Below, piece after piece: positions 24,921 through 31,265 of a DNA stretch of 31,265 nucleotides. This DNA is from a virus (taxonomy: Duplodnaviria; Caudoviricetes). A program made the translations under genes and the position numbers. The DNA lies in the IMG/VR virus record IMGVR_UViG_3300037483_000960, positions 1 through 31,265 of that record; one strand, written 5' to 3'. The notes under the pieces are model-generated. The model was not told the origin of the DNA and did not search any database. It saw only the letters and a program-made list of their open reading frames with translations. Within the stretch, counting starts at the first letter, position 1; each line of letters opens with the position of its first letter.

Positions 24921-25356
24921 CGCGGAACTCCATCGGCTTGCCATCCGCGCCCGTGTGCTCGAGGCGGGTCGGCGCCTCGGTGCCCTCGAGCTTCATGCGA
25001 AGGGCCTCCGTGCGAATGATGACCTCGGCGCTCCGCGGATCGCCCTTCCTCGCCCAGTGCGCGGAGACCAAGGCGTCAAGCCGGCGCCGCGTGAGCTCGG
25101 CCGCCTCCGTTGCGAGCCCGAGCGTCCGCTCCTGAGTCTCGGCCATCGCGCGCCGGTAATGCTTGTGCGCGGCCTGTTTCGACATCCCGAGCTGCCGGCC
25201 GATGGTCTCGAACGTCACCCCCATCACGCGCAGGTCGAGCACCTTGCGCCGCGCCTCGGCCGCCCGCGCCGCCGAGCCACGACCAGGCCCCTTGCGCGGG
25301 GCCGCCTCCGGCACCAAGGGCGCCCCGCCAGGCGGAGGGCCCGCGTCAACCGCCAT
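24772..25356 (-). CDS. terS: Terminase small subunit (HTH-containing)
   Basis: VLDLRVMGVTFETIGRQLGMSKQAAHK HTH; RLEHTGADGKPM tail; directly upstream of terL. Confidence 0.78.
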   Translation of the reverse strand: MAVDAGPPPGGAPLVPEAAPRKGPGRGSAARAAEARRKVLDLRVMGVTFETIGRQLGMSKQAAHKHYRRAMAETQERTLGLATEAAELTRRRLDALVSAHWARKGDPRSAEVIIRTEALRMKLEGTEAPTRLEHTGADGKPMEFRDGITDDERAARIAALLDRVGQRRAGLPAQGPVEVVPAPGPSDSGPREQG

Positions 25357-25408
25357 ACGTCAACCTCTTCGCGTCCACCCCTCCCACGTACCACTCCCTC
25401 ACGCGAAC

Positions 25409-25437
25409 TTGACATACGACCGTGGGTGATATATACT
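25409..25437 (+). promoter_or_regulatory. Promoter P6 of the island family, probably leaderless
   Basis: TTGACATACGACCGT identical to P4; 17-bp spacer; TATACT 25432-25437; ATG 8 nt later with no RBS. Confidence 0.85.
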
Positions 25438-25445
25438 CTTTATGC

Positions 25446-26219
25446 ATGGGCGAGACGACCGCAATAAACTGGTGTCACTCCACGTTCAACCCGTGGCTAG
25501 GCTGCGTGCAAGTCGATCCGGCGTGCGCGAATTGTTACGCGGCGGCAATCGACAAGCGGACGGGAGGGGCGCATTGGGGTAAAGGCGCGCCTCGCCAAGA
25601 GACGAGCGAGCGGTACTGGAAACAGCCGCTCATCTGGAATCGCGCCGCGGCACAAGCCGGCGAGCGCCGCCGAGTTTTCTGCGGATCAATGTGCGACTGG
25701 GCCGACAAGGAGGCGCCGAAGGGCGCGCTCGCGCGAGCTTTTGACCTCATCCGCAAGACACCGCACCTCGACTGGCTGATGCTGTCCAAGCGAGCCGACC
25801 GGATCGCGTCCTTGCTCCCGAAGGACTGGGGGGACGGCTATCCGAATGTCTGGATGGGCGTCACGGTCGGCGATGTGAAGGGCCTTTGGCGCGCGGAGGC
25901 GTTGCGCGGGCTCCCCGCCGTCGTGCGCTTCCTCTCGGTGGAGCCGCTCCTCGAGAGCCTCGGAAAGCCGAACCTGCGCGGCCTCGACTGGATCATTGCC
26001 GGCGGCGAGAGTGGCCCGAGGCACCGCCCGATGGATCTCGAGTGGGCGCGCGGCGTGCGCGATGCGACGCACGCAGCCGGCGGCGCGTTCTGGATGAAGC
26101 AGCTCGGCGGTTTTCCGAACGCGAGGCACGAGCTGTGGGAGATCCCTCCCGATCTGCGCGTCCGAGAGATGCCCAGGGCGCGCGCTGTCCGTCACGGTCA
26201 AGGGTCGCTGTTCACGTAA
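25446..26219 (+). CDS. Gp37/Gp68 (DUF5131) family protein
   Basis: TAINWCHSTFNPWLGC..CANCYA, RVFCGSMCD, RFLSVEPLL, DWIIAGGESG, FWMKQLGG. Confidence 0.9.
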   Translation: MGETTAINWCHSTFNPWLGCVQVDPACANCYAAAIDKRTGGAHWGKGAPRQETSERYWKQPLIWNRAAAQAGERRRVFCGSMCDWADKEAPKGALARAFDLIRKTPHLDWLMLSKRADRIASLLPKDWGDGYPNVWMGVTVGDVKGLWRAEALRGLPAVVRFLSVEPLLESLGKPNLRGLDWIIAGGESGPRHRPMDLEWARGVRDATHAAGGAFWMKQLGGFPNARHELWEIPPDLRVREMPRARAVRHGQGSLFT

Positions 26220-26235
26220 GCGAAGGGGGCTCATC

Positions 26236-26619
26236 ATGTGGATCTTCTCGAAGGTCGGATTCTTCTCGGTGGTCCAGGCGGATCCGCGCAAGGACCAGCC
26301 GCTACAGCTCATGGTGAGGGCGCGGGTCGCCGACGATCTGCACGCGCTGCGCTCGAGGTACGCGCCCGAGCTCGGCCCGACGCTGCACAACGCCGGCACG
26401 GACTATCCCTACCGCGCGATCATCACGCGCGAGGGTTGGGCCGTTGCGATGTCGCAGATCGCGCTCGACCTCGATTACCGCAACTTCAAGAATGAGGTGG
26501 AAGCGCGCCAGGGCCCGGCGCGGCACGACCTGTACGCGAAGGTCTGGGGCGTCATGTACGGAGCCGAGGGCAAGCTCGGTCAGACGGGCCGCGCGCCCTC
26601 GAAGACGAGGGCGCTGTAG
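26236..26619 (+). CDS. Hypothetical protein (MWIF..GFFSVV type)
   Basis: AAGGGGG RBS; LMVRAR..TDYPYRA..LDYRNFK. Confidence 0.75.
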   Translation: MWIFSKVGFFSVVQADPRKDQPLQLMVRARVADDLHALRSRYAPELGPTLHNAGTDYPYRAIITREGWAVAMSQIALDLDYRNFKNEVEARQGPARHDLYAKVWGVMYGAEGKLGQTGRAPSKTRAL

Positions 26620-27236
26620 ACGACCTCCGCCTTCGACTGGCCTTGGGCTTGCCAGATCTTGACGATCGTGACGCTGGCGCGTCTGGCCCAACCCCTCCGC
26701 GCCATGTCCATGAGGTCGCCCACGTGACTCTTCGTCGAGGGGCCGTCCCTACCCTTGAGCCCGGCGAGCTCGCGCATACCCGGCGGGATATGCGTGTACC
26801 CGAGCGCGAAGGCGGAGCCATCGGTGAGGACGAGCGCGCCGCGTTCGCCCGGCGCCCACCTCCTCCGAGCCGCCAGGATCACCGCCTGCTCCCACGGTGA
26901 GCCGTAGGCGTCCAAGTCGAAGACGTTGAAGCGCCCAAGGTCTATCGCGCGCATGAGCCGCAGGTTATCCGCGACGAACCGCGGCGGGTCCTCACGATGC
27001 CACGGTCGCTCATCACAGCCCACGTAGAGCGCCGCGTCCTTCCATACGCCCCGGTACATTTCCCCCCGGCCGCAGAAGGCATCGAAGACGCGGGCCTGGT
27101 GGATCTCTTGAAGAACGCGCCGCCTTAGATCGAGCTTCGCCTCTTGCGCCTGCGGGCTGTTGTCGATCTTCTTCGAGCCCACCGGCGGCTTGCCCTTGTT
27201 CTCGTGGTTCCGCGCGTACTTGGTCCTGTTCATCAT
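26580..27236 (-). CDS. Putative class I SAM-dependent methyltransferase
   Basis: VFDAFCGRG (motif I-like) and FNVFDLDAYGSPW; ATGA overlap with the ParB-like gene. Confidence 0.65.
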   Translation of the reverse strand: MMNRTKYARNHENKGKPPVGSKKIDNSPQAQEAKLDLRRRVLQEIHQARVFDAFCGRGEMYRGVWKDAALYVGCDERPWHREDPPRFVADNLRLMRAIDLGRFNVFDLDAYGSPWEQAVILAARRRWAPGERGALVLTDGSAFALGYTHIPPGMRELAGLKGRDGPSTKSHVGDLMDMARRGWARRASVTIVKIWQAQGQSKAEVVYSALVFEGARPV

Positions 27237-27832
27237 CGGGTGGTCCCGACCTCGACCTCTACGCCAGGGAGCTCCTCGAGGGCGTCGCGTAGCTTCTCGA
27301 TCGCGTCCATCTGGAGCGGCAGGGGCCCCTGGACGCTCAGCCAGAAGCGATCGCTCGTGAGGGCAGAGACGTCGACCTCCTCGACGGTCACGGGATCCCC
27401 GTCGTCCTCTCCCTCGGGCTCCATCGAGAGGAGGAGCTCGCGCAGTCCTCGGTCCTCGGTCTCCACTCCCTTGAGTAGCTCGGCGAGCGCAGCATCATCC
27501 ACCGTCGCCATCTCGCCGATGGGGTCGAGCGTGGCGAGCGCGAGCCGCTCCTCTTCCGGCGACAGATCCACGTAATCCACCGGGACCGGCTCGCTCTTTC
27601 GCGCGGCTTCCTCGACGCGGGCGTGACCATCGATGATCCGCCCGGTCGCCCGGTTGACGATGACCGACTTCACCCAACCGATCTCGGTGAGCGAGCCGGA
27701 AAGCGCTGCGCGCTGGGCTTCTCCGTGGCGGCGGAAGTTCAAGGGGTGGGCCTGGAGCTTCGCGGCGGGGACGAGCTCGTGGGCGACGATACGGTTGCGG
27801 AGGACGGCTTGGGGTCGTTTCTTGGAAGCCAT
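27233..27832 (-). CDS. ParB/Srx-like N-terminal domain protein
   Basis: LQAHPLNFRRH..SLTEIGWV..IIDGHARV..VPVDYVDLSPEEE. Confidence 0.85.
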   Translation of the reverse strand: MASKKRPQAVLRNRIVAHELVPAAKLQAHPLNFRRHGEAQRAALSGSLTEIGWVKSVIVNRATGRIIDGHARVEEAARKSEPVPVDYVDLSPEEERLALATLDPIGEMATVDDAALAELLKGVETEDRGLRELLLSMEPEGEDDGDPVTVEEVDVSALTSDRFWLSVQGPLPLQMDAIEKLRDALEELPGVEVEVGTTR

Positions 27833-27872
27833 AGGTACCAGGGCCTATAAGGAACAGAAGCGGCCCCGCGCG

Positions 27873-28877
27873 CTACAGCCTAACCTTGCTCGCAAGGTGC
27901 TCGGCCGCCTTGGTCCCACGCCTCGCGCGGTTGTCGTCGTAGTGGCGAAGGGTGCTCGGATCCTTGTGCCTCGTGAACCCGGCCACCTCTTGCCACGTCA
28001 TGCCCGCGTCGAGCAGTTCCGTGGCCGCGGTATGCCGTAGTCCATGCGGCCGGCAGAGCCTGCCGACCGTGCTGCCCCACCTGGCCGCGATCTTCGCCAC
28101 CCCGCGCCCGGTGAGCCGGCCCATCACTTGCCCCGTGACAGCGCTCCAGCCGAAGAGGAGCGGACCCGTGGACTGCGAGGGACGCACCGCGAGCCAGGCG
28201 CGGAGGACCTGGAGGACGTCGGGAGAGAGAGCGACCCACTCGCGCTCGAGCCGGCCCTTGCCCAGGATGGCGATCCTTCCACCGGCGACGTCCACGTGCT
28301 CGACGTCGAGCGAGACGACCTCGCCGCGGCGCAGTCCTTGGCCGTAGAGGAGCGCCAGGAGCGCCCGGTCGCGAGTGGCGCGGACGCCTTCCCGGCCGCG
28401 CAGATCGCGGGCGATAGCTCGCACAGCCGAGAGCCCCGGCCCCTCCGTGTCGCGGTAGCGCTGCACCTTGACGCTCGGGGTCTCGAGCTCCCACGGGACC
28501 ATGGAGAGGAGCTTCGCGAGCCGCACGGCCGCGCGAAGGTTCGAGATGCGCAGGGCCACCGTCCCCGGTGCACAACGCCCGAGGAGATCTGCGCGGTAGT
28601 CGAGGGCGAGGAGGTTCGCGGGGCCATGTCCGGCGCGAAGGAGCTCGGCGAGCGCAGCGTCCGGGCCGAGCTTGCGACCGAAGCGCCGCGTGAGGTAGGC
28701 GGCGAAGTCGTTGGCCGTCGCCGCGTAGCTCTTGCGCGTGTTGTCGTTGCGGCCAGAGAGCCACGCCTCGTACAGCCGTCTCGAGCCATCGGCGTCCACG
28801 CGCAGGGGCGCGACGAGCGGTGCATGGCGGGGTAAGGCAAGGGCGAGACGCTCGGCCTCCATGGCTCCACGTCTCAC
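27873..28877 (-). CDS. XerC/D-like tyrosine recombinase
   Basis: RDRALLALL..GLRRGE, GKG, PHGLRH, TRH and HY catalytic residues; no obvious arm-binding domain. Confidence 0.9.
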   Translation of the reverse strand: MRRGAMEAERLALALPRHAPLVAPLRVDADGSRRLYEAWLSGRNDNTRKSYAATANDFAAYLTRRFGRKLGPDAALAELLRAGHGPANLLALDYRADLLGRCAPGTVALRISNLRAAVRLAKLLSMVPWELETPSVKVQRYRDTEGPGLSAVRAIARDLRGREGVRATRDRALLALLYGQGLRRGEVVSLDVEHVDVAGGRIAILGKGRLEREWVALSPDVLQVLRAWLAVRPSQSTGPLLFGWSAVTGQVMGRLTGRGVAKIAARWGSTVGRLCRPHGLRHTAATELLDAGMTWQEVAGFTRHKDPSTLRHYDDNRARRGTKAAEHLASKVRL

Positions 28878-29542
28878 GGCGCCAGCGCGACCTTCACGTC
28901 GTCGGCGTCGCTTTCGATGGGCAGCCGAGCGACGTAGCCCGGCGGCACGTCGATGGTCGGCACCGGGTAGTCGGCCAGGATCGCGAGACGCCGCTTCTGG
29001 CGCTGTATCCCCGCGTCCTTGCGGAAAAACTGGTAACTCGCGCGATGAGCCTTGGACTTCGAGGCCCAGTCCTCCTCGGCCGAGTAGCTCGCGCGCACGC
29101 GGTACTCGCGGCCGAGCGAGCAGGCGCCCGATCCGCAGTAGTCATGGATGGGCGCTTGCTTGCCCGGCCACCGAGCGGCTTGCCGTTGAATGCAGCAGGA
29201 GACGGGCATCCCCGCCCCCTGGCCAGTGTCGACGCCGTAGCGAGGGCAGGAGACGTGGGCGGAAGGCTCGAGTCTTCCGGCGATCGCGCACCGTACGAGC
29301 TGCGCCGTGGTGATGAGGTTCGCGAAGCCGAGCGCGGCGGCCTTCTTGCGCAGGAGCGCGAGTTCCCGGTCTATGCGCGCCCTCTCGATGACGCTTTCCC
29401 GGCGTTCGCGGTCGGAGCGCGCTTCGCACGGCGCGAAGCTCTCTCGAGGGGGCCTGGGGGTGCGGGCGAGGGCACGTAGCTGGTCGCCGCCCGATGGGCG
29501 GCCCAACGGTGAATCCCAGTCTGCCCGGCGCCAGAGGATCAA
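28874..29542 (-). CDS. Cys-rich hypothetical protein
   Basis: GC-rich third positions over the C-terminal ~180 aa; TTG 29542 overlaps the upstream TGA; start uncertain. Confidence 0.55.
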   Translation of the reverse strand: MILWRRADWDSPLGRPSGGDQLRALARTPRPPRESFAPCEARSDRERRESVIERARIDRELALLRKKAAALGFANLITTAQLVRCAIAGRLEPSAHVSCPRYGVDTGQGAGMPVSCCIQRQAARWPGKQAPIHDYCGSGACSLGREYRVRASYSAEEDWASKSKAHRASYQFFRKDAGIQRQKRRLAILADYPVPTIDVPPGYVARLPIESDADDVKVALAP

Positions 29543-29823
29543 GCGCGGTTGCCATGGTCTCGTCTCTCGGCGCTTGTCACGTCGACCGAGCGTTCCGGCG
29601 GCGCTTCCTGGTGCAAGCTGGGCAAGCGGTGCAAGAGGTGCAGCTGGTGCAGCTGGTGCTCGAGGCGTTCGAGCTCGCACGCGGGGATGCGGTACGGGCC
29701 GCGGTCGGCGAGCCGACCAGCAACGACGTCGCCGTGCTTGATGCGTCGGATGAGCGTCCAGCGGCTGATGCAGAGCCGCCGCGCGACTACCGCAACAGGG
29801 AATCCCCTCCGCTGCTCGGTCAT
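29539..29823 (-). CDS. Excisionase/MerR-like HTH protein
   Basis: FPVAVVARRLCISRWTLIRRIKHG..GPYRIPACELERL; tail has 9-bp-period HQL repeats. Confidence 0.72.
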   Translation of the reverse strand: MTEQRRGFPVAVVARRLCISRWTLIRRIKHGDVVAGRLADRGPYRIPACELERLEHQLHQLHLLHRLPSLHQEAPPERSVDVTSAERRDHGNRA

Positions 29824-29987
29824 GTAGCGTCGGGGAAGAGCTCCTCTTCCCCACGCGCCAGCAGGCCGGGCCCGCGTTCAAGTGCCATCGGAGGCCTCCG
29901 GTGCTCCCGCCACTTCTACACCTGGGCGGGGCGCCGGTCCTAACCGGGGCGCAGGCGCGCTGCGTTACGAGTCGCGGACGCGGGCTC

Positions 29988-30557
29988 TCACGTTTCGTCC
30001 TTGGCCGCGTCGGGCGGAGGAAGACAGCCCGCGGGATGGTGCGAGGCGGCCTCGCCAGCCTCGCAGTTTTCCCACCAGCCAGGAGCGCCCGTCACCTTGC
30101 CGCAGGCGCACGAGACATACTCCTTCGGCGTGGGAGAGAGCGGAGTCGCTCGAGACCACGGCATGGGCAAGTTCCACTCGCGCGCCATGCGCTCGATGAC
30201 CGGGATGATGGTTTCGTCGCCCTCGGCCTTCGCGCGTTCGATGCACGTCGCCGGATCCGTCGAGATCACGTGGAACGTCACCTGTGCCCTTGAGGCGAAC
30301 CGCTCGACCCAGGCCTCGCGACGTTGCGTCGACACGTTGGTCGCGTCCACGATCACCGCCTCGTGACCAGCATGGAAGAGCGCGTCGACCATCGCGAACG
30401 CCATCGCCCAGACGAATGGCTCGGCCGGAGCGAAGAAGCGCTGGCCATGCAGCGCGTAGCGGATGCTGTCGGGATTGACGATCGGGCGGCCCGTTGTGAG
30501 GGCCCATGTTGTCTTGCCGGCGCGCGGTAGGCCGACGGTGATGATGAGGCGGCTCAT
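29988..30557 (-). CDS. P-loop kinase (AAA_33 / polynucleotide-kinase-like)
   Basis: TVGLPRAGKTT, NPDSIR, VIVDATN..RR, TCIERA. Confidence 0.85.
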   Translation of the reverse strand: MSRLIITVGLPRAGKTTWALTTGRPIVNPDSIRYALHGQRFFAPAEPFVWAMAFAMVDALFHAGHEAVIVDATNVSTQRREAWVERFASRAQVTFHVISTDPATCIERAKAEGDETIIPVIERMAREWNLPMPWSRATPLSPTPKEYVSCACGKVTGAPGWWENCEAGEAASHHPAGCLPPPDAAKDET

Positions 30558-30579
30558 CGCACGGCGAGCGGGCTCGATC

Positions 30580-31062
30580 TCACGCGAAACCCGTACTGAC
30601 ATTCACCGCCACGGCCGCGGCGAGCCGGAGGCGGGCCAGCTCGCTCTCGAGCTCCCGCACCCTGGACAAGAGCGGGTTGCAGCCGGCGAGCGCTTCCCAG
30701 AAGAGTATGGCGGTCTCGTCGAGCGTGTAGCCCTCCCCAAACTCCACGTTCCCGTCCGCCTTGATCGTGACCAGCGGGCCACACGGTCCTCTGAGCGTAA
30801 GCGCGTTGCTGATGACGCCGACCAGTCGACACTGCCCCGGTACGGACACTGGAGTGGGCAGTGGCTCGGGCCTGCGGGGCTCGAGGGCGGCCATGGCGTT
30901 CAGGACGGCCGCGCGGAGCTCTCGGACCTCCGGCTGCAGCGCCGCCAGGCCCTTGGGCGTGTACCAGTGATCTGACCACTCGTGCGTGGATGCCACCCCC
31001 TGAACAGCCTCTATCACCTTGATGAGGGCGGCGCGCACCGGGCCCTGCTCTTCCGTTGCCAT
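30580..31062 (-). CDS. Hypothetical phage protein
   Basis: Co-oriented ORF; purine-rich region before ATG 31062; VEFGEGYTLDETAILFWE; start could lie further upstream. Confidence 0.6.
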   Translation of the reverse strand: MATEEQGPVRAALIKVIEAVQGVASTHEWSDHWYTPKGLAALQPEVRELRAAVLNAMAALEPRRPEPLPTPVSVPGQCRLVGVISNALTLRGPCGPLVTIKADGNVEFGEGYTLDETAILFWEALAGCNPLLSRVRELESELARLRLAAAVAVNVSTGFA

Positions 31063-31265
31063 CGTCTTTTCCTTCCCCCCCCCTCCTATCACGTACCCCT
31101 CATTTGCCTGGTCGCGCTCGATGGTGCGCAGCCGCTCTTCTAGCCCGAGTTTACCGCCCTCGCACATCCTGAGCTCCTGAGATACCATCCGGGCCCTTGC
31201 TGGGTGCGGCCGGGACGTGTTTTGTCTGATCCGCGAAACGTATGACCTAATCAGGCGGCTCCGTT

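Larger units (their letters stand above)
1..31265. mobile_element. Tailed phage/prophage segment (DUF1073 portal / DUF2213 / DUF2184 capsid type, probably contractile-tailed); both ends extend beyond the window
   Basis: Co-oriented terminase, portal, MuF, protease, capsid, connector and baseplate genes; no host housekeeping genes or att site recognised. Confidence 0.95.

Noticed and set aside
443-28835. Many long antisense or alternate-frame ORFs (e.g. 443-1423, 6785-8128, 10350-11612, 18752-20254, 21883-23169)
   Set aside because: Shadow ORFs expected in high-GC DNA; they overlap genes with recognisable motifs and have none themselves.
29142-29555. Programmed frameshift joining ATG 29555 to the 28874 frame
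   Set aside because: An in-frame TTG at 29542 overlapping the upstream stop explains the gene, and no clear slippery site was seen.
1-31265. tRNA, rRNA, IS elements or prophage att sites
   Set aside because: No cloverleaf, rRNA-like segment, transposase or flanking att repeat was recognised by eye.

Overview
The whole window is part of a tailed phage or prophage genome from a high-GC bacterium; the host cannot be identified from sequence. The minus strand carries the packaging and morphogenesis arm. From right to left it encodes a P-loop kinase, an excisionase-like HTH, a XerC-like recombinase, a ParB-like protein, a putative SAM-dependent methyltransferase, terminase small and large subunits, a DUF1073-type portal, MuF/SPP1-gp7, a ~913-aa kinase plus ADP-ribosyltransferase protein, a DUF2213 protease/scaffold, a decoration protein, a DUF2184 major capsid, head-tail connectors and a gp46-like baseplate protein. 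It ends in a GH16 glycosidase/Ig-repeat protein that is missing from the ORF track. The head operon is split by a ~9.2-kb plus-strand island (about 8430-17655) built from repeated parts: sigma70-type promoters with a shared CGACCGT spacer box (five in the island, a sixth at 25409), four copies of a covarying twin-hairpin intergenic element, and six copies of a KAWxTR peptide motif in four genes. Its cargo includes a GHKL ATPase-HEXXH fusion, DUF932, DUF2786 and a tandem WYL-type HTH lacking the WYL domain. Three head genes start exactly 8 nt after a GATACG motif, suggesting leaderless late promoters. All family assignments are from motif recognition by eye; no database search was run.
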